Origin: Halorussus marinus
Lineage (GTDB): Archaea; Halobacteriota; Halobacteria; Halobacteriales; Haladaptataceae
Length of the DNA: 64,000 nucleotides
Reading direction: 5' to 3'
NCBI RefSeq assembly: GCF_004765795.1
Contig: NZ_SBIV01000004.1
Span: forward strand, 124,001 to 188,000
In this document: one piece after another, positions 9,151 through 18,724 of the stretch
How positions within the stretch are numbered: the stretch's first letter is position 1
Layout: each line of letters opens with the position of its first letter
Position numbers and translations under genes: made by a program
Notes under the pieces: model-generated
Seen by the model: the letters and a program-made list of their open reading frames with translations, nothing else
The model's database searches: none
What the model was told of the DNA's origin: nothing

Positions 9151-9930
9151 ATGCAACACGTCACCCACCACGGGCGGACGACCGGCTACCGGGTCGCGGA
9201 CCGCGGCGGCGACGGCTCGCCGCTCCTCTTGGTCCACGGCTCGGGCGGGACCCACGAGGTCTGGAAGGGCCAACTCGCCCGGCTCTCGGGCGAGCGCCCG
9301 ATCGCCGCCCTCGACCTCGGGGGCCACGGCGAGTCCGAGGACTTCGACGCCGACGCCGGGTGGGAGACGCTCTCGGCCTACGTCGACGACGTGGCCGCGG
9401 TCGCCGACGCGGTCGGCCCGGCGGCGCTGGTCGGCAACTCGCTTGGCGGTGCGGTGGCGCTCCAGTACGCGATCGGGCGCGACCACGACCTCGCCGCGTT
9501 AGCGCTCGCGGGCACCGGCGCGAAGCTCCCGGTCCTCTCGGACCTGCTCGAGTGGCTCGACTCGGACTTCGAGCGCGCGGTCGAGTTCCTCCACGGCGAG
9601 GACCGACTGTTCCACGACGCCGACTCGGAGTACGTCGATCTCTCGACGGCGGCGATGCACGGGGTCGGTCGTCGGGTCACCGCCCGGGACTTCCTGACCT
9701 GCCACGAGTTCGACGTCCGGGACCGACTCGGCGACATCGCGGTGCCGGCGCTCGCGGTCGTCGGCGAGCACGACAAGCTGACCCCGCCGGAGTACCACGA
9801 GCGACTCGCGGCCGAGATCCCCGACGGCCGGTACCGCGAGATCGACGACGCCGCTCACCTCGCCATGCTGGAACGACCCGCGGCGTTCAACGACGCGCTC
9901 CGCGAGTTTCTGGCCGACGAGGACGTCTGA
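9151..9930 (+). CDS. Alpha/beta-fold hydrolase
   Basis: LLVHGSGG, DLGGHGES, GNSLGG nucleophile elbow, GEHDKLTP, AAHL. Confidence 0.92.
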   Translation: MQHVTHHGRTTGYRVADRGGDGSPLLLVHGSGGTHEVWKGQLARLSGERPIAALDLGGHGESEDFDADAGWETLSAYVDDVAAVADAVGPAALVGNSLGGAVALQYAIGRDHDLAALALAGTGAKLPVLSDLLEWLDSDFERAVEFLHGEDRLFHDADSEYVDLSTAAMHGVGRRVTARDFLTCHEFDVRDRLGDIAVPALAVVGEHDKLTPPEYHERLAAEIPDGRYREIDDAAHLAMLERPAAFNDALREFLADEDV

Positions 9931-10002
9931 CCGCGGCCGGCCCCGCGTCGTCGCGTTCCCGTCACCGACAACGGTAAAAACGGACGGCGTGTAACGCGAA
10001 CG

Positions 10003-11304
10003 ATGACCGACACAGCCGAGTTGGGCGACGGCGGCGGCGAGGGCTCGGTCCGCGTGGTCGGGACCGCCCACGTCTCCGCCGACAGCGTCGCGGAGGTCCG
10101 GGAGGTCGTCGAGACCGACCGCCCCGACGTGGTCGCGGTCGAACTCGACGAGGGCCGCTACCGCCAGATGCAGGGGGAAGTCGCCGACGACATCGAACCC
10201 TCCGACCTGCTCGGCGGCAACACCGTCTTCCAGTTCATCGCCTACTGGATGCTGTCGTACGTCCAGACTCGGATGGGCGACCAGTTCGACATCGAGCCCG
10301 GCGCGGACATGGAGGCGGCGATCGAGGCCGCCGAGCGCGTCGGAAGCGAAGTGGCGCTGGTCGACCGTGACATCCAGACCACCATCCAGCGGTTCTGGGC
10401 CCGGCTGTCGTTCACCGAGAAGCTCCGGATGGTGTGGGAGCTGTGTCTCGCGATGATCGGGTTCGGCGGGGGCGAGGAGGCCGAGGAGTTCGACGTCGAG
10501 GAGCTCACCGACGGCGACGTGGTGACCGCGATGATGGAGGAGTTCCGCCAGTTCTCGCCGGGCGGCGCCGAGGCGCTCATCGACGAACGCGACGCCTTCA
10601 TCGCCCACCGTCTCGTGGCGCTCCGGGAGGCGGGCCACGAGGTGGTCGCGGTGGTCGGGGCGGGCCACCAGCAAGGCATCGAGAACTACCTCCTGAACCC
10701 CGAGACGCTCCCGCCGATGGACGACCTCGTCGGGACCGCCTCCGGTCGGCGGTTCTCGCTGTTCAAGGCGTTTGGCTACCTCGTGGCGATCGGATTCGTC
10801 TCGTTTTTCGTCCTGCTTTTCATGGCCGGCGTCCGACAGGGGTTCCTCCTCGAAGTGTTCGCGGCGTGGTTCCTGTTCAACGGCGTGATCTCGTTCAGTC
10901 TGGCGAAGGTCGCCGGCGCCCACTGGTCGAGCGCGGGCGTCGGCGGCGCGGTGGCGTGGCTGACCAGCATCAACCCCCTGCTCGCGCCGGGGTGGTTCGC
11001 CGGCTACGTCGAACTCAGACACCTCTCGGTCAACGTCGGGGACATCGCGACGCTCAACGAGCTCATGAGCGACGAGCAGACGCCGATCCGCGACCTGCTG
11101 GGCCAGATGCTCGACGTCCCGCTGTTCCGGCTGATCGCCATCGTGGCGATGACCAACGTCGGGAGCATGATCGCGACCGTCCTGTTCCCGCTGGTGGTGT
11201 TGCCGATGCTGAGCACGCAGGTCGGCGGGATGGCCGAAGTGACCCAGCTGATGGTCGAGGGCGCGCGAAACAGCGCCGACCTGATCGTCCGGACGTTCAC
11301 ATGA
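10003..11304 (+). CDS. TraB/PrgY/GumN family protein with C-terminal membrane domain
   Basis: VGTAHVS, VAVELD, DRDIQTT, LIDERD and VVGAGH motifs followed by TM helices. Confidence 0.92.
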   Translation: MTDTAELGDGGGEGSVRVVGTAHVSADSVAEVREVVETDRPDVVAVELDEGRYRQMQGEVADDIEPSDLLGGNTVFQFIAYWMLSYVQTRMGDQFDIEPGADMEAAIEAAERVGSEVALVDRDIQTTIQRFWARLSFTEKLRMVWELCLAMIGFGGGEEAEEFDVEELTDGDVVTAMMEEFRQFSPGGAEALIDERDAFIAHRLVALREAGHEVVAVVGAGHQQGIENYLLNPETLPPMDDLVGTASGRRFSLFKAFGYLVAIGFVSFFVLLFMAGVRQGFLLEVFAAWFLFNGVISFSLAKVAGAHWSSAGVGGAVAWLTSINPLLAPGWFAGYVELRHLSVNVGDIATLNELMSDEQTPIRDLLGQMLDVPLFRLIAIVAMTNVGSMIATVLFPLVVLPMLSTQVGGMAEVTQLMVEGARNSADLIVRTFT

Positions 11305-11903
11305 ACATCCGATTCAGCGGCCGGGAAGTGCGCGACCTGCTCGTGGCGTGGGCCGCGTTAGGGCTGGCGTTCACGTTCTTCTTCGAGGGACCCGGCATCG
11401 TCCGAGCGCCCTCGGCGATGGCGGGCGCGCTCGTGTTGAGCCTCGTTACGGCGGGAGTTGGCTTTCTGCTCCACGAACTCGCCCACAAGGTCACCGCGAT
11501 CCGATTCGGGCAGGTCGCGGAGTTCCGGGCCGACTACGGCATGCTGTTTCTCGCGGTCGCCGGCGGGCTCGCGGGCTTTCTGTTCGCCGCGCCCGGCGCG
11601 GTCTACCACCGCGGTCGGGCGACCCACCGGGAGAACGGCCTCATCGCGCTCGCCGGGCCGCTGACCAACGTGGCGCTCGGCCTGCTGTTCGTCCCGGTGC
11701 TGTTCGCCGGGCCTCTCGTCGGGGCGTTCGCCGTCGAACTCGGCCGGCTCGGGGTCGCGGTCAACTTCCTGCTGGCGGGGTTCAACATGATCCCGTTCGG
11801 CCCCCTCGACGGCAACACGGTCAAAGAGTGGAGCCTGTCTGGGTTCCTCGCGGCCGGCGTCCCCTGCTTCGGGCTCGCGCTCGCGGCGCTGTTCCTGTTC
11901 TGA
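11301..11903 (+). CDS. M50 (site-2) membrane zinc metalloprotease
   Basis: HELAH, IALAGPLTN, FNMIPFGPLDG; ATGA-coupled to the TraB-family gene. Confidence 0.92.
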   Translation: MNIRFSGREVRDLLVAWAALGLAFTFFFEGPGIVRAPSAMAGALVLSLVTAGVGFLLHELAHKVTAIRFGQVAEFRADYGMLFLAVAGGLAGFLFAAPGAVYHRGRATHRENGLIALAGPLTNVALGLLFVPVLFAGPLVGAFAVELGRLGVAVNFLLAGFNMIPFGPLDGNTVKEWSLSGFLAAGVPCFGLALAALFLF

Positions 11904-11909
11904 GCCGGG

Positions 11910-12149
11910 TTACCCGGCCTGCAACACGATCTCCTCGGCGGTGCTCTCTTCGATCGCGGCCTCCTGAAACGTGTAGTCGGCGGCGTCCTCGTCGCCCCAG
12001 TCGAGGTACCGCTTCACGCGGTCGTAGTCGCCCGCGTCGGGATCGACGTGCGCGACTCCCTGATCGACCTTCCGTACGACCCCGAGCAGTTCGCCGTCCG
12101 GTCCGACCACGCGCTTGCCCTCGTCGTCCTGGGTCAGCGTCGGTTCCAT
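11910..12149 (-). CDS. Small PRC-barrel-like protein
   Basis: 'DEGKRVVGPDGELLGVV..V..GVAHVDPD' pattern; acidic, 79 aa. Confidence 0.7.
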   Translation of the reverse strand: MEPTLTQDDEGKRVVGPDGELLGVVRKVDQGVAHVDPDAGDYDRVKRYLDWGDEDAADYTFQEAAIEESTAEEIVLQAG

Positions 12150-12260
12150 GGCGGTACCGCGACGGCGAGCGCCAAGAGTACTGTGGGCCCAGACTGGGAG
12201 GACTCGACGGGGCGGTCCGCAAGCGGTGGAACTTTACTCGCGCGCCCCGGCCCCTCGACC

Positions 12261-13232
12261 ATGAGCGACGACGAGCAACTCACCTACGCGGACGCCGGGG
12301 TGGACATCGAGGCCAGCGAGGCCGCGACCGCCGCGCTGGTCGGCGCGGTCGGCGACATCGACGAGAGCGAGTACGCCGGACTGCTCGACATCGGCGACCG
12401 GTATCTCGCCCTGGCGACCGACGGCGTCGGCACCAAACTCCTGGTGGCCGAGGCGCTCGGCGACTACTCCACCGTGGGGATCGACTGCATCGCGATGAAC
12501 GTCAACGACCTCGTGGCGTCGGGGGTCGAACCGGTCGCGTTCGTCGACTACCTCGCGGTCGACGAGCCCGACGAGGGCTTCTCCGAGCAGGTCGGCGAGG
12601 GACTCTCGGCGGGGGCCGAGACGGCGGGAGTCGCGCTCGTCGGCGGCGAGACCGCGGTGATGCCCGAGGTGATCGAGGGCCTCGACCTCGCGGGAGCGTG
12701 CGCGGGGCTCGCGCCCAAAGACGCCGTCTTCCCCGGCGAGGCCGCGGTCGGCGACGCGATCGTCGGCTTTCCCTCCAGCGGCATCCACTCGAACGGGCTC
12801 ACCCTCGCTCGGGAGGCCGCCACGCGCGAGCACGACTACGACGACCCGTTCCCGCTCGACCCCGACCGGACCGTCGGCGAGGTGTTGCTGGAGCCCACCC
12901 GGATCTACGCCTATCTGCTCGAACACCTCCGCGAGCGCGAGGTCCACGCCGCGGCCCACGTCACCGGCGGCGGCTGGACGAACCTCTCGCGGATGGGCGA
13001 GCGCCGCTACGAGATCGACGACCCGTTCGACGCCCAGCCGGTCTTCGAGTTCGTCGCGGACGCGGGCGGCGTCGACGACGAGGAGATGCACCGGACGTTC
13101 AACATGGGGACCGGCTTCGTCGTCGCGCTCCCCGAGGCCGACGCCGAGTCGCTGGCCGCCGAGACCGACGGCCGCGTGATCGGCGAGGTCCGGGAGGGCG
13201 ACGTGGTCGCGATCCGCGGACTGGAGCTGTAG
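12261..13232 (+). CDS. purM: Phosphoribosylaminoimidazole synthetase
   Basis: TYADAGVD, TDGVGTK, AMNVND, GGETA, SSGIHSNG, TFNMGTG. Confidence 0.97.
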   Translation: MSDDEQLTYADAGVDIEASEAATAALVGAVGDIDESEYAGLLDIGDRYLALATDGVGTKLLVAEALGDYSTVGIDCIAMNVNDLVASGVEPVAFVDYLAVDEPDEGFSEQVGEGLSAGAETAGVALVGGETAVMPEVIEGLDLAGACAGLAPKDAVFPGEAAVGDAIVGFPSSGIHSNGLTLAREAATREHDYDDPFPLDPDRTVGEVLLEPTRIYAYLLEHLREREVHAAAHVTGGGWTNLSRMGERRYEIDDPFDAQPVFEFVADAGGVDDEEMHRTFNMGTGFVVALPEADAESLAAETDGRVIGEVREGDVVAIRGLEL

Positions 13233-13318
13233 CCGGGCGGTCCCGCGGCCGGTCCGCCGGGCCGGCGACGCGTCCGACCCACAAAGAAGATATCGCGGGG
13301 CCACAAATCCCCGCCGAG

Positions 13319-13963
13319 ATGACCGAGTTCGTCCGTCGGCAAGCCGTCGGGCTGGCGGTGCTCGCGGGCGTCGCGGCCGCCAGCCTCCTCGCCGGTCCGG
13401 ACCGGCTGTTCGAGACCGCCCGGGCGGTCGCCGACCGGCCGGCGGCGTTCGGCGCGCTGTTGGCGGGGGCGTACCTCGTCCGGCCGCTTTTCGCGTGGCC
13501 GACCTCGCTGGTCGCGGTGCTGGCGGGCTACGGCTTCGGGCCCGTCGCGGGCTTTCCGATCGCGCTCGCGGGCACGACCGCAAGCGCCTGCCTCCCGTTT
13601 CTGGCGGCGCGCTACGTCGGCGCGGACTCGGGGCTGATCGCGCGACTCGGCGACTCGGCCGACCGGTTCTTCGCGGCCACCGGCGACCTCCGCGGGATGG
13701 TGATCTCCCGGCTCCTGCCCGCGCCGTCCGATCCGGTCTCGGCGACCGCCGGGCTGTCGGGCGTCTCCCCGTCGGCGTTCGTCGCCGGGACCGCGGTCGG
13801 CGAGATCCCGTGGACCGCCGCCGCGGTGCTGGCAGGGGGGTCGCTCGAACGGCTCGTCGCGTCGGGAGCGAGCGCCGTCGGCTGGGAACTCGTCGCGGCG
13901 GCCGGGGCCGTCGGGGTCGCGCTGCTGGCGGGGCCGGCCTACCGCGCGGTCGCCGCGCCGTAG
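13319..13963 (+). CDS. TVP38/TMEM64 (DedA/VTT) membrane protein
   Basis: RPLFAWP…GYGFG, SRLLPAP.D…AGLSGV…F..GT.VGEIPW; hydrophobic. Confidence 0.88.
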   Translation: MTEFVRRQAVGLAVLAGVAAASLLAGPDRLFETARAVADRPAAFGALLAGAYLVRPLFAWPTSLVAVLAGYGFGPVAGFPIALAGTTASACLPFLAARYVGADSGLIARLGDSADRFFAATGDLRGMVISRLLPAPSDPVSATAGLSGVSPSAFVAGTAVGEIPWTAAAVLAGGSLERLVASGASAVGWELVAAAGAVGVALLAGPAYRAVAAP

Positions 13964-14132
13964 AGTCGGGCCGAATTTGGAACGGAGTCGGTACCGAGCC
14001 GGTCGGAGTCCGAAAAACGCCTATTTGGGCGGCGCCCGTCTCTCGTCTCATGTTCGTGAACGCACACACTCGCGGGACCGACCGCGGGGGACCGATCGCT
14101 CGCGGTCGCGGCCGACGGCGGAGGCGGGGACG

Positions 14133-15629
14133 GTGACCGACTCCGAAACGACCCGCGGTCGGCTCCGGGCCTTCGCGGTCGCGCTGGCCGGCGGGGTCGC
14201 GGCGGTCGGCGGCTCGTACGCCGCGGCGGGGCTCACGCCCGCGTTCGCGGCCGCGCCGGTCAGCGCCGTCGTCGTCGCCAACACCCCCGACGCGGTCGTG
14301 ACGTGGTCGATCCAGACGCTCGGCGATCTGGGTCATCAGCTCGGGTTCGCGCTGGCGCTGGCCCTCACCGTCGGGCTGTTCGGGGCGGCGGTCGGCGCCG
14401 CCGGCGCGCTCGCCGACCGGTTCGGTCTGCCCGGGTGGCCGTTCGCGGGGCTGGCGGCCGTCGCGGTCGCGTTCGGGCTGTCGGGCGCGCTGGGTCCCGG
14501 ACTCGCGGCCGGCGCGGGCGCCGCCGCCGTCGTCGCGGCCGCCGAGTTCGGCGTGAGGACCGCCCCCGATCGCTCGGCGGTCCGACGGCGAGTCCTCCGG
14601 GCCGCGGCGGCCTCGGCCGCGATCGGCGGCGTCGGGGTCGTCCTCGGGTCTCGGCGGGGCGGCGACTCGACGGGGGGGTCGCCCGCCGCCGACGTCAGCG
14701 CCGACGTGCGCGAACTGCTGACCGAGGCCGACGGGAAATCCCTCGACGTCTCCGGCATCGAGCCGCTGGTCAGTCGCGACTTCTATCAGGTCGACATCAA
14801 CAGCGTCGATCCCGACCTGAACGCCGAGAGCTGGTCGCTCCGGGTCACGGGCGCGGTCGACGAGCCGCGGGACTTCGACTACGAGACGCTCACCGGAATG
14901 GACGCCGAGGACCGCTTTGTCACTCTCCGGTGTGTCGGCGAGTCGCTCAACGGCCAGAAGATGGACACCGCGGTCTGGACCGGCGTGGCGGTGACCGACC
15001 TGCTCGGCGACCTGCCCGGGGAGTGTTGCGTGATGGCGCGTGCGGCCGACGACTTCTTCGAGGAGTTCCCGCTGGCGGCGCTCGAAGACGCCCTGCTGGC
15101 CTACGAGATGAACGGCGAGGCGCTCCCGCGGGGCCACGGCTATCCCGTTCGACTGCTGGTGCCGGGCCACTGGGGCGAGATCAACGTCAAGTGGCTCACC
15201 GAACTCGAAGTGCTCGAGGAACCCCAAGACGGCTACTGGGAGAAGCGCGGGTGGCACGGCACCGGCCCGGTCGAGACCGTCGCGAAGCTCCACGCGGTCA
15301 ATCACCTCGATGACGGTCGCGTTCAGGTCGGCGGGCACGCCTACGCGGGCACACGCGGTATCGAGCAGGTCGAAGTCTCGACCGACGGCGGCGAGACGTG
15401 GACGACGGCGCGACTCTCGGACCCGCTCGCCGAGACGGACGCCGGCGAGGGCGAGTCGTGGTCCGGCCCCGACGTCTGGCGCCAGTGGGAACACACCTAC
15501 GACCCCGACGGACCCCACGAGGTGGTCGTCCGTGCCACCGACGCCACCGGGACCCTCCAGCCCCGCGAGGAGAGCGAGGCGTTCCCCAGCGGGCCGACCG
15601 GATGGGTGTCCCGGCGTGTCGAGCCATAA
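14133..15629 (+). CDS. Membrane-anchored sulfite-oxidase-family molybdopterin oxidoreductase
   Basis: N-terminal TM block, internal RRRVL, FYQVDIN, LRCVG (Mo-ligand Cys), MNGEALPRGHGYPVRLLVPG, VKWL and the dimerisation domain. Confidence 0.9.
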   Translation: MTDSETTRGRLRAFAVALAGGVAAVGGSYAAAGLTPAFAAAPVSAVVVANTPDAVVTWSIQTLGDLGHQLGFALALALTVGLFGAAVGAAGALADRFGLPGWPFAGLAAVAVAFGLSGALGPGLAAGAGAAAVVAAAEFGVRTAPDRSAVRRRVLRAAAASAAIGGVGVVLGSRRGGDSTGGSPAADVSADVRELLTEADGKSLDVSGIEPLVSRDFYQVDINSVDPDLNAESWSLRVTGAVDEPRDFDYETLTGMDAEDRFVTLRCVGESLNGQKMDTAVWTGVAVTDLLGDLPGECCVMARAADDFFEEFPLAALEDALLAYEMNGEALPRGHGYPVRLLVPGHWGEINVKWLTELEVLEEPQDGYWEKRGWHGTGPVETVAKLHAVNHLDDGRVQVGGHAYAGTRGIEQVEVSTDGGETWTTARLSDPLAETDAGEGESWSGPDVWRQWEHTYDPDGPHEVVVRATDATGTLQPREESEAFPSGPTGWVSRRVEP

Positions 15630-15669
15630 ATATATCCGCGCGCGAGGGCCATACGCGAGTGACTGGCAG

Positions 15670-15945
15670 ATGGACAAGGCGCTCTGGTATCTGCTCACGG
15701 CCACCCGCGGCGGAGAGAACCGCGTGCGGATCATCCAGGCGCTCTCGGAGCGCCCGCGCAACGCCAACCAGCTCGCGGACGCTCTCGACGTCCGATACAA
15801 GACCGTCCGCCACCACCTCGACATGCTGGCCGACCACGGGGTGGTCGAACCCGGCGACAACGACTACGGGAAGCTCTACTTCCTCACCGACGAGTTCGAG
15901 CGACACCGGGAGGCATTCGAGGACATACTGGACCAAATCGAATGA
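15670..15945 (+). CDS. ArsR-family winged-helix transcription regulator
   Basis: LWYLL.ATRGG.NR…NANQLA..L…YKTVRHHL..L…YGKLYF. Confidence 0.9.
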   Translation: MDKALWYLLTATRGGENRVRIIQALSERPRNANQLADALDVRYKTVRHHLDMLADHGVVEPGDNDYGKLYFLTDEFERHREAFEDILDQIE

Positions 15946-16229
15946 CAATGATACAAGCAGCTAGCGCGCTCGCGGTCGTGAACATCCTCCTGCTCGGTCT
16001 GCTGACCGGCGTCTGGATCCGCAACTACCGCACGTTCGGCACCTCGCTGATCGCCGGGCTCGTCGCGTTCGGCGCGGTAATGCTCGCCGAGAACGTGGTC
16101 GCCCTCTACTTCTTTTTCAGCATGAAGATGCTCTACTCGGGCGACCCGACCGTCCAGCGGGCGGTGTTGGTGCTTCGCGGGATGCAGGTGATCGCGCTCG
16201 GGTTCCTGACGTGGGTGACCGTGAAGTAG
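15942..16229 (+). CDS. Small 3-TM membrane protein coupled to the ArsR gene
   Basis: ATGA overlap; three hydrophobic segments, RNYR and ENVV motifs. Confidence 0.8.
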   Translation: MTMIQAASALAVVNILLLGLLTGVWIRNYRTFGTSLIAGLVAFGAVMLAENVVALYFFFSMKMLYSGDPTVQRAVLVLRGMQVIALGFLTWVTVK

Positions 16230-16291
16230 CGTAGTCGCGGCCGGCCGAGGTTCGGGTGCGGACGGGAGTGCCACCCGCCGGGCGGGTCGGG

Positions 16292-17026
16292 CTACTCAAG
16301 CGGTTTGGGTTCGTCGTCCTCGAAGTACGGCACGTTCAACTCTTCGCCGTAGTAGTACAGTTGAAACCCGAGACCGACGACGAGCGCGACGCCGAACCAC
16401 ACCGGCGAGATCCCGCCCAGCCCCGCCTCGAGCGTGATGTCGCCAGACAGGGTCTGGCGCCAGAGGGGGACGACCGCGGCGATCAGTCCGGCGCCGAGCG
16501 CGGTCGCGGCGCCGGTGACGATGAGTTCGTAGAACTTGAGCGCGAGGATAGCACCGAGTAGCCCCGCCACGATCGCGGCCACGACGTAGTTTTGCATCTG
16601 CTGGGTCTGTAACTCGGGACGGGTCGCCAGCTCGGCGGCGGCCGCGGTCGGCCGCGCGCGCAGACTGTTCGCGAGCGTGCCGGCGAACTGCCCGCCCGTC
16701 AGGAAGACGAACGCCGACCCGCCCGTCGAGACGAATCCCGCGATCACGACCGTGAACCGGGTGAAGAACGGAAGCAAGACTCGTCCGGCCACGGCACCGA
16801 CGACGACCACGAGCAGGAGTTCGACGGCCTGGGACTCCAAGGCCATCGTCGCCGTCGTCCGGGACGACTGGAACCACCACGCGAACGCTCCGACGAGTCC
16901 ACCCGCGATCCATCCGAGCCACGCGAGGAGTTCCTCGGCGAGGGCGTATCCGAAGAGGCAGAACGCGATTCCGATGACTGATACGAGGCCCAGGATTGCG
17001 AGCGCTGGTGGGTCGGCTGAGAGCAT
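16292..17026 (-). CDS. Multi-pass membrane protein (possibly DUF4203-like)
   Basis: About 7 hydrophobic segments, GIAFCLFGY…ATALGAGLI; AT-rich TATA-like stretch at about 17051-17060. Confidence 0.75.
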   Translation of the reverse strand: MLSADPPALAILGLVSVIGIAFCLFGYALAEELLAWLGWIAGGLVGAFAWWFQSSRTTATMALESQAVELLLVVVVGAVAGRVLLPFFTRFTVVIAGFVSTGGSAFVFLTGGQFAGTLANSLRARPTAAAAELATRPELQTQQMQNYVVAAIVAGLLGAILALKFYELIVTGAATALGAGLIAAVVPLWRQTLSGDITLEAGLGGISPVWFGVALVVGLGFQLYYYGEELNVPYFEDDEPKPLE

Positions 17027-17095
17027 CTATTTTGGCACATACCAAAATCAATATATAAATCTTTCTGAGGTGCTGAGCGATCGCTCCGCACTCGC

Positions 17096-17302
17096 TCAGT
17101 AGAACGTGTCGGCGCAGTCCATGATCACGCCGTGGTTCGGACAGACGTACTTGCAGTGGCGGTGGTACATCGGTTCCTCGCAGATCGGACACGGGCGCCC
17201 GCCCGCCTCGGCGGTCGACTCGCTCGCCGCCCGTCGGTCGGCGGCCGTCCGGTCGGCCGACGCGCCGTCGCCCGCCGCGCTGGCCTCGCCCTCGTCGCTC
17301 AT
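17096..17302 (-). CDS. Small CPxC zinc-finger protein
   Basis: CPICEEPMYHRHCKYVCPNHG…DCADTF; GAGGTGA SD-like sequence upstream. Confidence 0.85.
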   Translation of the reverse strand: MSDEGEASAAGDGASADRTAADRRAASESTAEAGGRPCPICEEPMYHRHCKYVCPNHGVIMDCADTFY

Positions 17303-17328
17303 GGTATCACCTCGGTCGCGCGGGGTAT

Positions 17329-18585
17329 TCACCCTTTTCCACCGAGGCGGGCGCGCGCGATCAGATAACCGCCCCACGTCCAGCAGACGGCCCCGACCGC
17401 CGCGGCGAGGACGTGGACCGCCGAGACCCAGTGGGGGAGCGCCACCACGTCCCGGGCGCCCGCGAGCACGAGCCACAGGATCGGGACCTTGCGGTCGAAG
17501 AACCCGCGGTCGCTGGTCGCGTCGGCGTCGTACGGTTCGAGGCCCTCGGTGTCGGCGGGCTGTTCGCCGTGGGGGAGCTTGTCGGCCTCGTAGGGCAACG
17601 ACGGCACGTCGTAGCTCGCGACCAGACTCCCGTCGGCCGTCAGCTCGACCACCCGGTTGTTCCGGGTGTCGGTCACCAGGGTGTTGCCGTTCGGGAGCCG
17701 GTCGGCGTCCCGGGGCCAGTCGAACGGGATCCCCCCGACCCCGGAGACCGACCACGCCACCTCCCACTCGCCGGTCGACTCCTCGCGGTGGAGTTCGACG
17801 ACGCGGTGGTTCTCCGAGTCGGCGACCACGATCGCGCCCTCGCCGATCCAGTGGGGGTTGTGCTGTCGGTTCAGCAGGTCCTCGTCACCGTCCTCGTTGA
17901 TCACCTCGACGACGCCCTCGCCGCGCTCGACGACCAGAAGCTGGTTCTCGTTGCGGATCGAGACCAGAAACCGATCGTCGCCGACGTAGTCGACGTCGTT
18001 GAGGTGGAGCCAGTCCTCGCTTCGTGGGTCCGGAGGCGCCTCGTAGTGGTCGCTCGCGTTCCACGTCCACTCGCGGTCGCCCGACTCGGGATCGTAGACG
18101 AAGATGCTCTCCCACTCCATGTCGGCGACGAGGACGTTCCCCGACGGGAGCATCTCAGCGTCGTGGACCTCGCTGTTCCTGCGGGTCTTGACCGGGTAGC
18201 TCCGCTCGGAGACCACCGCGGGCTCGGGGACGGGATCGATGATCCTGACCCCGGTGCGCTTGCACGGCGGGTCGTAGGGCCCGCAGTCGTCGTACCCGCC
18301 GGCCGCGAACGTCGCGAGCACCGTGCCGTCGTCGAGCGACTGCACGTTCTGGTAGCTGATGATCCCGCCGAGGCTCCACTCGACGGTCCCGCGGCCGTCG
18401 AGGGCGGTCACGTTGCCGTTCGGGCCGGGGCCCTGGACGCCGACGAGCAGCGTCGTGTTATCCGGGTCTCCCGCGTCCGAGAGGCGGTCGGTGTCGGGCG
18501 CGAGCGCCCAGCTCACGCCGAACGTCGCGACGACTACCACGGTCCCCGCGGCGAGAACGAGCAGGCCCCGCCGGGACGCGGTCAT
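17329..18585 (-). CDS. Arylsulfotransferase (ASST)-like beta-propeller protein, membrane anchored
   Basis: HDAEML, DWLHLNDVD, QHNPHW, VADSENHRVVE, WPRDADRLPNGNTLVTD. Confidence 0.85.
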   Translation of the reverse strand: MTASRRGLLVLAAGTVVVVATFGVSWALAPDTDRLSDAGDPDNTTLLVGVQGPGPNGNVTALDGRGTVEWSLGGIISYQNVQSLDDGTVLATFAAGGYDDCGPYDPPCKRTGVRIIDPVPEPAVVSERSYPVKTRRNSEVHDAEMLPSGNVLVADMEWESIFVYDPESGDREWTWNASDHYEAPPDPRSEDWLHLNDVDYVGDDRFLVSIRNENQLLVVERGEGVVEVINEDGDEDLLNRQHNPHWIGEGAIVVADSENHRVVELHREESTGEWEVAWSVSGVGGIPFDWPRDADRLPNGNTLVTDTRNNRVVELTADGSLVASYDVPSLPYEADKLPHGEQPADTEGLEPYDADATSDRGFFDRKVPILWLVLAGARDVVALPHWVSAVHVLAAAVGAVCWTWGGYLIARARLGGKG

Positions 18586-18724
18586 CTTCGACACGAAAGC
18601 GCCTCCCGGCCCGAGTCGTGTGCGTCCATCGGCGTGGTCGTACACGACCGACGACCGTAACGTCTCTGGTCAGTCGGCCGAGAAACGGGCGCTAGAAACG
18701 GAGTAAGGCCTCGCTACCGCGGTC

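Noticed and set aside
12234..15860. Very long antisense or alternate-frame ORFs (1208 aa here; also 11348-13963 N-terminal part, 44937-47060, 53565-55652, 60421-62385)
   Set aside because: Arg/Pro/Gly-rich shadow frames of real genes, expected in high-GC DNA; no motifs and not acidic
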